A DNA stretch of 57,251 bases, taken from positions 1 to 57,251 of the forward strand of contig CALWIS010000012.1 of assembly GCA_944380795.1 (NCBI GenBank), given 5' to 3'. Positions 32,169-40,295 of this stretch are shown here, one piece after another (within the stretch, counting starts at the first letter, position 1; each line of letters starts with the position of its first letter). Below the pieces are notes generated by a model. That model saw nothing but the letters and a program-made list of their open reading frames with translations. It was not told the DNA's origin and ran no database searches. The stretch is from an uncultured Clostridia bacterium. Its GTDB lineage: Bacteria; Bacillota; Clostridia; Oscillospirales; Acutalibacteraceae. The translations under genes and the position numbers were made by a program.

Positions 32169-32840
32169 ATGAGTATACTAAAAATGGAAGACGTGTGCTA
32201 TCGGTATGAAAAATCAGGAAGCAACGTGTTGGAACATATCAATTATGAATTTGATGCCGGAAAGATTTATGCTATTGTGGGAAAATCCGGTGCCGGAAAG
32301 ACGACTCTTCTTTCTCTGCTTTCCAGCCTAGCTTCCCCTACACAAGGAAAGATACTCATGGAAGAAAAGGATATTGCTAAGATCGATAAATACCGATTTC
32401 GCAGCAGTTGTATTGGAGTGGTGTTTCAAAGCTTTAACTTACTTCTCCACTTAACTGCCGAAGAAAATGTTTTGCTTTCTATGAATATTTCTGGAAAACG
32501 GTATGAAAAAAAGAGGCAGATCGCCCGGGAGTTCTTGTCCAAGGTAGGGCTGAATGAAGAAGAAATGCAGCGTCGAGTCCTTAAACTCTCAGGCGGTCAG
32601 CAACAGCGGGTGGCCATTGCACGCGCTATCTCCTATGACCCACAAATACTTTTGGCAGACGAACCTACTGGAAATTTGGATGGCGAGACCCAAGATGAGA
32701 TCAGGGGGATTTTCCACCAGTTAGCACAGGAGGGGAAATGCGTGATTTTGGTGACCCATTCCCCGGATGTAGCTCGGGAAGCAGATGTGGTATTTGAATT
32801 GTCACGCTCTCCATCTTCTGCTCCTGTAAAGAAAAGCTAG
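32169..32840 (+). CDS. ABC transporter ATP-binding protein (MacB/LolD-like)
   Basis: Walker A GKSGAGKTT, signature LSGGQQQRVAIARA, Walker B ILLADEPTGNLD and an H-loop VTHS are present. Confidence 0.9.
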   Translation: MSILKMEDVCYRYEKSGSNVLEHINYEFDAGKIYAIVGKSGAGKTTLLSLLSSLASPTQGKILMEEKDIAKIDKYRFRSSCIGVVFQSFNLLLHLTAEENVLLSMNISGKRYEKKRQIAREFLSKVGLNEEEMQRRVLKLSGGQQQRVAIARAISYDPQILLADEPTGNLDGETQDEIRGIFHQLAQEGKCVILVTHSPDVAREADVVFELSRSPSSAPVKKS

Positions 32841-32947
32841 ATTGAAAAAGATTTTTCACCGCTGGCATTGCGGTCTTCTTGCATATCCGTCATAACCGCA
32901 AATCCCTCCACATACATTTGAAACAAAAAGTATGTGGGGGGATCAGT

Positions 32948-33196
32948 TTGAAGGGCATTGTGGAAGAACGGGCTATAGAGCTTGGAAACTATATTCTGGA
33001 AAATAAAACCACGGTTCGGGGGGCTGCAAAGAAATTCGGAATCAGTAAGAGTACGGTACATAAAGATGTTTCAGAGCGTTTACGAAGTGTAAACCCACAG
33101 CTGTATTGCCAGGTAAGAAAAATTTTAGAGATCAACAAAGCCCAGCGTCATATTCGCGGAGGACTGGCTACCCGAAGAAAATATTGTGGGAAATAA
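32948..33196 (+). CDS. spoIIID: Stage III sporulation transcription factor SpoIIID
   Basis: KGIVEERAIELGNYILENKTTVRGAAKKFGISKSTVHKDVSERL...RHIRGGLATRRKY closely parallels Bacillus SpoIIID. A TTG start at 32948 after a G-rich RBS gives the expected size of about 82 aa. Confidence 0.85.
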   Translation: MKGIVEERAIELGNYILENKTTVRGAAKKFGISKSTVHKDVSERLRSVNPQLYCQVRKILEINKAQRHIRGGLATRRKYCGK

Positions 33197-33225
33197 AAGG
33201 TGTTTTACCGGCAGCTATATATTCA

Positions 33226-33275
33226 AAAATCCCCCAGCTTTCCGTTGTACAGAAGCTGGGGGATTTTATGTTTTC
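33226..33275. terminator. Bidirectional terminator
   Basis: AAAATCCCCCAGCTT / AAGCTGGGGGATTTT stem plus a T-rich tail. Confidence 0.7.
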
Positions 33276-33280
33276 CGGCC

Positions 33281-33754
33281 TCAAACAGAGGTGGGAACGG
33301 TCGTTAAAGGAGTTCCGCAATCGGCGGAATCGGGGCATATATTATAGATGATCCCTTCTTTGGAAACCATAGAAATGGGGACAGAGGGGATCATACGATG
33401 GATCGTGTCAACAAAACCGTTAATGGGCACTTCTGCCATTCCGGTCACAACATGGATCGCTCCCACCTGTTTGATGAACCCTACAGCCATCAAGGCGGCG
33501 TCGTCGTGAAAAAACACCGTCATTTCGGCATGAGCATCTCGTGCCGTCTGCCGCAGGTATTCCAGTTCCTCGCCACTGGCATCATATCCGGCAGAGGTAG
33601 GCTGTACGCACAGCACTTGCAGTTCCGTTTCGTGGGAATCTGCCAGCCGCCGTCCGGTACGGATCAGACGGTCACAGTCCTTTTGACCAGTAACACAAAC
33701 CAGTACGGAGGTATGTTTCGGCAGTGTTTTTTTCTTGCTCTTCAAATCCAGCAC
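33281..33754 (-). CDS. Universal stress protein (UspA/KdpD-Usp-like) family protein
   Basis: 157 aa. The VLVCVTGQKDCDRLIRTGRRLA...LQVLCV...VVTG pattern fits an alpha/beta Usp fold. This call rests on my recollection of the pattern only. Confidence 0.5.
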   Translation of the reverse strand: MLDLKSKKKTLPKHTSVLVCVTGQKDCDRLIRTGRRLADSHETELQVLCVQPTSAGYDASGEELEYLRQTARDAHAEMTVFFHDDAALMAVGFIKQVGAIHVVTGMAEVPINGFVDTIHRMIPSVPISMVSKEGIIYNICPDSADCGTPLTTVPTSV

Positions 33755-33960
33755 CTCCTTTCCTTATATACAGGGATATGGGAAAGCATATAGAAGGTTG
33801 AAAAACCTTAAAAAAACTATAAATTTTCTCCAATACAAGTATATGCTTTTTCACTGTTTTTATGGGAACTCACCATGTCTATAATGTTAACAAATTGTTA
33901 ACTAAGGAAACAGGGTCCGCATCCAGCGAGCCCTGTTTCACTGCAAACTATCTTGATTTT

Positions 33961-34671
33961 TTAGGAGTTTTCCTTCATCAGTCGGGAAAGAGGATCGATC
34001 CATTCCCCGTCCTTTTTTATTTCCAGATGCAGGTGTTCTGCTTCTGCAGATTCGCTGGGACACTCCCCTACAGTACCGATTTCCTGCCCGGCTTCTACCT
34101 TAGCGCCTTTTTCTACCAGTACTTTTTCGCCTAAGCCACAGTACCAAGCTTCTACGTCGCCGTGGGTAATGACCACAACATGGCCCAGAAGGGAGTCTTC
34201 CAGTACATCTGTCACCGTACCGGTCCCCATAGATTTTACACTTTCTCCAGAAGCAGCCTCAAAATCTACCCCATTATGCACTCGCCAATCCTGCATGGTA
34301 TCGGAAAAAACAGGAGTACCGTCGCTGAATCGTTTGAGCACTTTTTGTCCCACAGGGAAAGAAAGGTCCACCTGGGTGGGAGCGGGGGTGGCGGTGGGAG
34401 CCGCTGTAGGAGATGGGGTAGGGCTGGAAGCCACCGAGCCGCCCACTGTTTGGTCGGGAGTGGGGGTAGGTTCCAATTTAGATGTGGTACTTTCCTCTTG
34501 GGATGGCAGTTCCGAAATGGATACTTGGGAATCGATATCCGCTGGCTCTTGTACGATGCTGTCATAAGAAGCCCAGGCAGCTACTCCGATAGCGATCAGG
34601 CAGATGCCTGCGGCAATGGCAAAACCGCGATTCTGGCGGTTTTTGGAAGAAGGATTTTTTTTATGATTCAT
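33961..34671 (-). CDS. Membrane-anchored M23/LytM metallopeptidase (possible SpoIIQ-like)
   Basis: An N-terminal TM helix and a P/T-rich linker are followed by HNGVDF (HxxxD) and AEHLHLE (HxH) zinc motifs. Confidence 0.8.
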   Translation of the reverse strand: MNHKKNPSSKNRQNRGFAIAAGICLIAIGVAAWASYDSIVQEPADIDSQVSISELPSQEESTTSKLEPTPTPDQTVGGSVASSPTPSPTAAPTATPAPTQVDLSFPVGQKVLKRFSDGTPVFSDTMQDWRVHNGVDFEAASGESVKSMGTGTVTDVLEDSLLGHVVVITHGDVEAWYCGLGEKVLVEKGAKVEAGQEIGTVGECPSESAEAEHLHLEIKKDGEWIDPLSRLMKENS

Positions 34672-34811
34672 AATTCATCAGGCCTTTCCGCGCCCTGCCG
34701 GAGATCGCTGCCGGCGACAAAGGTCAGGCGCATTGCATTAATAAGAGATGGACGCTCCTATTTTGGCCTGAAAAAAAGAGAATTATTCCAAAAACGGAAA
34801 AGAAACAAAAG

Positions 34812-34842
34812 AAAAAGGACCGGTGTGCTTTCCGGTCCTTTT
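34812..34842. terminator. Orphan hairpin with A-run and T-run flanks, upstream of the M23 gene
   Basis: GGACCGG (34817-34823)/CCGGTCC (34832-38) is flanked by AAAAA and TTTT. No recognisable gene ends here on either strand. Confidence 0.4.
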
Positions 34843-35001
34843 CCTTACGTTTAAGGGGTATATTGAGGAGGGTAGAACATGTATCCAAGAATGGTGCGGC
34901 TCCATCTGAATACAACCATATTATAGATAAGTTGCACAGATTATTTGTTACGGTGCTGTGAATATATCTTGAATTTTTCCGGGGAAAATTTAAAGAAATT
35001 C

Positions 35002-35013
35002 AAACAAATGTTT
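35002..35013. promoter_or_regulatory. Candidate LexA (SOS) box overlapping the lexA -35 region
   Basis: AAAC-AAAT-GTTT is a symmetric variant of the Firmicute GAAC-N4-GTTC box. Candidate -35 and -10 elements, TTGTGT (35013-18) and TATACT (35036-41), follow. Confidence 0.3.
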
Positions 35014-35095
35014 TGTGTTTTTTCGCAGTTTATGTTATACTGTAGGTAATAAAAACGATCAGAAAATTTTATGGATAGACAGGAGGCGCTGCGCC

Positions 35096-35683
35096 ATGAA
35101 AAAGCTGAGTAAAAGCCAGCAAAAAATATATGACTTTTTAAAGGAGAAGGCCCAGTATGGGATTCCTCCTTCTGTACGGGAGATCTGTGCCGCCACTGGA
35201 CTAAAATCCACTTCTACTGTGCATGCCCATCTGCGCACGTTGGAGGAGCTGGGATATATTACCCGGCAGGCAGGGCTGAACCGCTCCATTCGCATTGAAG
35301 GCTCCGAGGAGGCCATGCAAGTGCCCATTTTGGGCCGTGTAACGGCAGGAATGCCCATATTAGCGGTGGAGGAAATTCAGGGATACCTGCCGTATTCCGC
35401 CAATCACGCCGCAGGCAAAGAGCTGTTTGCCCTGCATGTAGATGGCATGAGCATGAAAAACGCTGGAATTCTGGATGGGGATTATGTCATTGCTGAAAAG
35501 ACTCCCACCGCCGATGACGGTGCAATCGTTGTAGCCATGATCGAGGATGAGGCCACCGTAAAACGTCTGTATAGGGAGAAAGATTGTATCCGTTTGCAGC
35601 CGGAAAATCCGGATTTTGACCCCATTTATTCCCGGGATGTGATGATATTGGGAAAAGTGGTAGCTGTGCTGCGCTATTATTAA
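35096..35683 (+). CDS. lexA: LexA repressor
   Basis: ATG at 35096 follows AGGAGG. SVREICAATGLKSTSTVHAHLRTLEELGYI is the HTH. The Ala-Gly cleavage region and the GMSM and VKRL S24 peptidase motifs are present. Confidence 0.92.
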   Translation: MKKLSKSQQKIYDFLKEKAQYGIPPSVREICAATGLKSTSTVHAHLRTLEELGYITRQAGLNRSIRIEGSEEAMQVPILGRVTAGMPILAVEEIQGYLPYSANHAAGKELFALHVDGMSMKNAGILDGDYVIAEKTPTADDGAIVVAMIEDEATVKRLYREKDCIRLQPENPDFDPIYSRDVMILGKVVAVLRYY

Positions 35684-35743
35684 GTCGCATAGGGGAGAGG
35701 ATTATCCGGAGAAGCCGGAAAACAAAAGGGAAAAGGTGAAAAA

Positions 35744-36565
35744 ATGAAACTGTCTATTTTTTATGACCATATGCGGGAGGCGTCCCGGCAAACAGGACGT
35801 TCTATAGAAGAGATCGCCAAAGAGGTGCACGCTCTTGGCGTTACGGGCGTGGAGGTCATGGAGGTCCAGCTGCTGGAAGACCGCCAGGGCATTCTAAAAG
35901 TGTTGGAGGATGCAGGGCTATCGATAAATTGCATTTGCTGTTACGGCGATTTTGGAAATCATCCAGACTTGGCTCGGGCATATGCCATGATCGATTTGGC
36001 GAAAGAATGCGGTTTGCCCAAAGTGCTGGTCATTCCAGGATTCCTGAAGGATGGGGATTGCCGGGAGCGGGCCCTTGAAAATATGAAAACGGTTCTCATA
36101 GATATGTGTGCTTATGGGAAGCAGCAGGGGATCGTTGTGGGAATGGAAGATTACGACGACAATTCCGCTCCCTTTGCCACTTGGGAAGAACTCAAATGGT
36201 TTATGGAAGCGGTCCCGGGAATGAGCTGTATGTTTGATACCGGCAACTTTCTGTACAGCGAAGAGGATGCTCTAAAGGCGTTTGAAGAGCTGGAACCTTG
36301 GGTCTGCCATGGTATCCATTGTAAAGATCGCACTTGGGAAAAACATTCCGGAGAAGAGCCGAAAACCACTATACAGGGCAGGGAAATGTATGCCTGTGCT
36401 GTGGGGAGCGGATGCTTGCCTATTAAGGAGATCCTCACACGTTTATGGGAAAAAGGATTTTCGGGTTCTTTTACCATTGAGCATTTTGGCGCTATGGATC
36501 AGCTTGCCTGTATCCGGGAATCGGCGCGCTGGCTTCTTGCTTTGGAAAGTGCAGTCTTGGGATAA
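35744..36565 (+). CDS. Sugar phosphate isomerase/epimerase (xylose isomerase-like TIM barrel) family protein
   Basis: 273 aa with a typical AP-endonuclease-2/TIM pattern (GVEVME...VLVIPGF...FDTGNF...IHCKD...FTIEHF). Confidence 0.7.
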   Translation: MKLSIFYDHMREASRQTGRSIEEIAKEVHALGVTGVEVMEVQLLEDRQGILKVLEDAGLSINCICCYGDFGNHPDLARAYAMIDLAKECGLPKVLVIPGFLKDGDCRERALENMKTVLIDMCAYGKQQGIVVGMEDYDDNSAPFATWEELKWFMEAVPGMSCMFDTGNFLYSEEDALKAFEELEPWVCHGIHCKDRTWEKHSGEEPKTTIQGREMYACAVGSGCLPIKEILTRLWEKGFSGSFTIEHFGAMDQLACIRESARWLLALESAVLG

Positions 36566-36576
36566 AATTGAAAAAT

Positions 36577-36616
36577 AAAAAGCGGATACCGGAGGATTTA
36601 CCGGCATCCGCTTTTT
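36577..36616. terminator. Bidirectional terminator
   Basis: AAAAGCGGATACCGG / CCGGCATCCGCTTTTT stem. It overlaps the last codons of the small minus-strand ORF. Confidence 0.7.
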
Positions 36617-36783
36617 GCTTTGCAAGTTATAAAATGGCGCAGAAGAAGCCAGATTACCCCAACTGCTGCAAAAAGAGTTCCGCCAAAAACCAAGATAGTT
36701 TTTTTCGGAGAGTGTTTTTTCCTTTTGGAAATATAGATGGCAGTGGGGCCGTCTGCACCGCTGATGATACACACATTTTTCAT
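36598..36783 (-). CDS. Small membrane protein with a GADGPT motif (hypothetical)
   Basis: 61 aa. Its ATG overlaps the aroK stop (ATGA coupling). It has one TM helix (ILVFGGTLFAAVGVIWLLL). IISGADGPTAIYI echoes the VIGAADGPTSI segment of the OadB-like protein at 38916. Confidence 0.45.
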   Translation of the reverse strand: MKNVCIISGADGPTAIYISKRKKHSPKKTILVFGGTLFAAVGVIWLLLRHFITCKAKSGCR

Positions 36784-37301
36784 AGTGTTTTCTCCTCACC
36801 CAACATTTGCAGAATGGTTCGGGCTACGGCATTGCCGGGAGCTCCTGCCGGTATCACTAGGTCGGCGGCTTGGCGGTAGAGGGGCATCCTCTGGGCATGA
36901 AGGGATTCAATAAATTCCCGGCGGTCAGGGCGCTGGAGGAGAGGGCGCTGGGTGTCGTTTTTCAGCCGTTCCTGTAGAGCAGGCAAAGGCACATCTAATA
37001 GGAGGATGAGCCCTCCTTGTTTGAGCAGGTGTGCGTTTTCCGGATTAAGAACCGTACCGCCGCCGCAGGCAATGACAAGATCCTGCCTTTGGGAAAGTAT
37101 GCGGGCAGCGTCAGTCTCCATTTTTCGAAAGGCAGGCTCCCCTAGCTGAGAGAATATTTCCGAAATGGTCATGGACTGTTCCTCTTGGATAAAAGCATCC
37201 ATGTCCACAAATTTCCGACCGGAAATAGCAGCTAAACGGCGTCCTACCGTGGTTTTTCCGCAGCCCATAAAGCCACAAAGAATCAGATTTTGTTTCATCA
37301 T
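36780..37301 (-). CDS. aroK: Shikimate kinase
   Basis: LILCGFMGCGKTTVGRRLA P-loop, and GGG in ACGGGTV. It overlaps the aroE stop by 4 nt. Confidence 0.9.
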   Translation of the reverse strand: MMKQNLILCGFMGCGKTTVGRRLAAISGRKFVDMDAFIQEEQSMTISEIFSQLGEPAFRKMETDAARILSQRQDLVIACGGGTVLNPENAHLLKQGGLILLLDVPLPALQERLKNDTQRPLLQRPDRREFIESLHAQRMPLYRQAADLVIPAGAPGNAVARTILQMLGEEKTL

Positions 37302-38209
37302 GCACCCTCCTGAAAACGGCGAGACATTTCCTGGGCGGCATTCTCAATAAGTGCTTCTATATCGGAGGCCTGGAAGGAAGATCCGTTCCAAATCTCCTGC
37401 GCGGCAACCGCCTGCCACACTAGCATGGCCATGCCGTGAACAGTGGGGATTCCCAAGGCCTGGGCGGTTTGCAGAAGGCGAGTTTCATGGGGATTGTATA
37501 CAGCGTCAAACACAGCGCCGCAGCAGGCAACTACCTCTGGGGATACGGGGCATTGGTCTACATGAGGAAACATTCCCACGCTGGTGCAGTTGAGGAGCAG
37601 GGAGAAAGACTTTTCGGCTGGCTTTAGCTCTGTACGGCTTTCTAAGGCTTGGTAGGAAACAGCCGTATACTTTCCTGTTTTTCCCAATTTCTTAGCGTAC
37701 AGGGACAGAGAGGCACAGAGATCGCGGGTTTTAGAGAGACTTTCTTCCCGCACAGCAAAAGTGAGGTCAGGCTGTTGGCAAACAGTCGTAAGGGCAAAGG
37801 CAATGGCCCGGGCCGCTCCACCGCTTCCCAACAGCAGGCAAGGGCCTTCCGGTGTAATTCCCGACGCTTCCAATGCTTTTAAGCAGCCAATGCCGTCGGT
37901 GGTGTATCCAATGGCTTTTCCATCCTGCATCAAAACTGTATTTACCGAGCCGAAAGCCTGTGCTTCCAGGCTGCAATCATCTAGCAGCGGCAGAATGGCC
38001 TGCTTGTGGGGGATCGTGACATTGAAGCCCCGAAACTGCCGAAGCGTGGGCATGGATGCGGCCAGCTTCTGGGGGGGAATATCCAGCGCTTGATAAGAAC
38101 AGGATGTTTTGCTGGAAAGTGAAAATAGCTGTTCATGGATAAAGGGAGACATTGTATGGCCGATAGGATGTCCAATTACTGCAAATTTATTGGAATACTT
38201 TATACACAT
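37298..38209 (-). CDS. aroE: Shikimate dehydrogenase
   Basis: FAVIGHPIGHTMSPFIHEQLF, FNVTIPHK and GSGGAARA Rossmann motifs are present. ATG at 38209, downstream of GGAGGAG, is preferred over the track start at 38281. Confidence 0.85.
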   Translation of the reverse strand: MCIKYSNKFAVIGHPIGHTMSPFIHEQLFSLSSKTSCSYQALDIPPQKLAASMPTLRQFRGFNVTIPHKQAILPLLDDCSLEAQAFGSVNTVLMQDGKAIGYTTDGIGCLKALEASGITPEGPCLLLGSGGAARAIAFALTTVCQQPDLTFAVREESLSKTRDLCASLSLYAKKLGKTGKYTAVSYQALESRTELKPAEKSFSLLLNCTSVGMFPHVDQCPVSPEVVACCGAVFDAVYNPHETRLLQTAQALGIPTVHGMAMLVWQAVAAQEIWNGSSFQASDIEALIENAAQEMSRRFQEGA

Positions 38210-38479
38210 TATACAAAACACTCCTCCGATTATTAAAGCAATAGGAAAAAAACACAATATTTTACATTTTGATATTGACAAAGCCCCTTTTTGCTAATAA
38301 TATTTTGGTATGGAAAGAGCAAATCGGACCGTTTGCCAGTATTGTACGACGAAAAAACCGTCTGCATTATAGCACATGGGGTCATGATTTGTCCATAGAA
38401 CCCTTATTGCTGGAGTGCCCCTTTCAAACCTGTTTTGGAAGCATGGTCCAGAGAAATTAGATAAAGGAGGTAAGGGATT

Positions 38480-38707
38480 ATGGTATTTGAGAAGGTGAAG
38501 GCTATCCTCAGCGAGCAGTTCGACGTAGAAGAGGATACAATTACCAATGACACCACCATTACTGAGGATCTGGGTGCAGACTCTTTGGATGTGGTAGACC
38601 TTCTGATGTCCATCGAGGATGAGTTCGAGATCGAAGTGCCCGACACCGAGATTGAGAATATCAAGACCGTCGGTGAGCTGGTCAAGTACATCGAGGATCA
38701 CGCCTGA
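38480..38707 (+). CDS. acpP: Acyl carrier protein
   Basis: 75 aa with the LGADSLDVVDLLMSIEDEF phosphopantetheine-Ser motif. Confidence 0.9.
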   Translation: MVFEKVKAILSEQFDVEEDTITNDTTITEDLGADSLDVVDLLMSIEDEFEIEVPDTEIENIKTVGELVKYIEDHA

Positions 38708-38727
38708 TTTCTTGTTGTAGGACGTTT

Positions 38728-38768
38728 ATCCGCTGTCAGCCTCCTTTTGGGGCTGCAGCGGATTTTTG
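38728..38768 (+). terminator. Terminator after acpP
   Basis: ATCCGCTGTCAGCC / GGCTGCAGCGGAT stem followed by TTTTTG. Confidence 0.65.
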
Positions 38769-38828
38769 CGTATAGAGAGGCAAATTGATGGATGAAAGTG
38801 AATTTCTCTGATTTTGTGTTTTTTTCGG

Positions 38829-38857
38829 TTGAAATCTCCGGAATGAACCAGTATAAT
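38829..38857 (+). promoter_or_regulatory. sigmaA-type promoter upstream of the oadB-like gene
   Basis: TTGAAA (38829-34), 17-nt spacer, TATAAT (38852-57). Confidence 0.55.
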
Positions 38858-38915
38858 GAAAAGGATTCCAGCGGCATAAGCCGCTAATTTTATCAACAAA
38901 GGAGAGTTAAACCTG

Positions 38916-40055
38916 TTGAGTGATTTTTCATTCCTGACCGATGGCGCTTTGTACATGGTAGAGCACTGGAATATGCTCATCATGTGGCTCATTGGCGGCC
39001 TGCTCATCTGGCTGGCCATCAAAAAGGACTTTGAGCCGGCGCTGCTGCTGCCCATGGGGTTCGGCGCGATCCTTGTGAACCTCCCCCTGCCTGGTGTGCT
39101 GGGAGAAAACGGAATCGTGCAGTGGCTGTTTGAACATGGCATTGAGGCTTCCGAAGCCTTCCCGCTGCTGCTGTTTGTAGGCATCGGCGCCATGATCGAC
39201 TTTGGCCCCTTGCTTTCCAACCCCAAAATGCTGCTTTTTGGCGGTGCTGCCCAGTTCGGCATCTTCTTTACGGTGCTGTTGGCTGTACTCCTGGGTTTCC
39301 CGTTAAAGGATGCCATGGGTGCCGGCGTGATCGGTGCGGCAGATGGTCCCACCTCGATCCTGGTTTCTCAGCAGCTGCAAAGTAATTATATGGGCGCAAT
39401 CGCGGTGGCTGCCTACTCCTACATGGCGTTGGTGCCTATCATTCAGCCCATGGCTATTCGTCTGGTCACCACCAAAAAGGAGCGCCAGATCCGGATGCCC
39501 TACAATCCGCAGTCGGTTTCTCGCACTACCAAGATCCTGTTCCCCATCGTGGTCACCCTCATCGCCGGCCTGATCGCCCCCTCCTCCGTTTCTCTGGTGG
39601 GCTTCCTCATGTTCGGTAACCTGATCCGCGAGTGCGGCAAGCTGGAGACCCTTTCCCAGACGGCACAGGGACCGCTGGCGAACCTCATTACGATTTTCCT
39701 CGGCATTACCATTGCCTTCCAGATGCAGGCAGACATGTTCCTCAACTGGGGCACCCTGCTGATTATGGCACTGGGCCTGGTGGCATTTATTTTCGATACC
39801 ATCGGCGGCGTGTTGTTTGCAAAGCTCTTGAACCTGTTCCTGCCCAAGGATAAGAAAATCAATCCTATGGTGGGCGGCGCAGGTATCTCCGCATTCCCCA
39901 TGAGCGCCCGTGTGATCCAGAAAATGGCGCTGAAGGAAGACAACCAGAACCACCTGCTCATGCACGCAGTAGGCGCCAATGTGGCCGGTCAGATTGGCTC
40001 TGTGGTAGCAGGCGGCATCATCCTGTCTCTGGCCGGAATCTGGGGGTTGATGTAA
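38916..40055 (+). CDS. Sodium ion-translocating decarboxylase, beta (membrane) subunit
   Basis: 379-aa polytopic protein. IGAADGPTSI, FGNLIRE and GISAFPMSARV are OadB/GcdB/MmdB-type segments. The TTG start lies 9 nt after AAAGGAGAG. Confidence 0.88.
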   Translation: MSDFSFLTDGALYMVEHWNMLIMWLIGGLLIWLAIKKDFEPALLLPMGFGAILVNLPLPGVLGENGIVQWLFEHGIEASEAFPLLLFVGIGAMIDFGPLLSNPKMLLFGGAAQFGIFFTVLLAVLLGFPLKDAMGAGVIGAADGPTSILVSQQLQSNYMGAIAVAAYSYMALVPIIQPMAIRLVTTKKERQIRMPYNPQSVSRTTKILFPIVVTLIAGLIAPSSVSLVGFLMFGNLIRECGKLETLSQTAQGPLANLITIFLGITIAFQMQADMFLNWGTLLIMALGLVAFIFDTIGGVLFAKLLNLFLPKDKKINPMVGGAGISAFPMSARVIQKMALKEDNQNHLLMHAVGANVAGQIGSVVAGGIILSLAGIWGLM

Positions 40056-40056
40056 G

Positions 40057-40245
40057 ATGAATATGATGATGAATTTGCTGGCAAAGGCCTTTGACAGCGC
40101 TTTGGGCCCGGTGCAGACGGAAGACATCATGAAGTCCCTGGAACTGATGGGCAAGGGCATGCTGGGCATCTTTGTGGTAATGGTGCTCATCTTTGTGCTG
40201 ATCTTTTGCCTGAACCGCTTTACCGGCAACAAAAAAGAGGACTGA
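40057..40245 (+). CDS. OadG-like small subunit (single TM)
   Basis: 62 aa, starting 1 nt after the beta-subunit stop. The GMLGIFVVMVLIFVLIFCLNRF helix is typical of gamma-chain-like subunits. Confidence 0.6.
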   Translation: MNMMMNLLAKAFDSALGPVQTEDIMKSLELMGKGMLGIFVVMVLIFVLIFCLNRFTGNKKED

Positions 40246-40295
40246 TTCCCCTAGGGGAAGCCCTTGTATCTTAGTAAAATTAAGGAGCGATCGCT

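Noticed and set aside
34879-34926. A 15-codon ORF (MYPRMVRLHLNTTIL) with a strong GAGGAGGG RBS, between the M23 gene and lexA.
   Set aside because: It is too short to evaluate without conservation or ribosome-profiling data. No promoter was identified. The nearby 63-aa minus-strand ORF (34724..34915) runs through a terminator hairpin and is also rejected.
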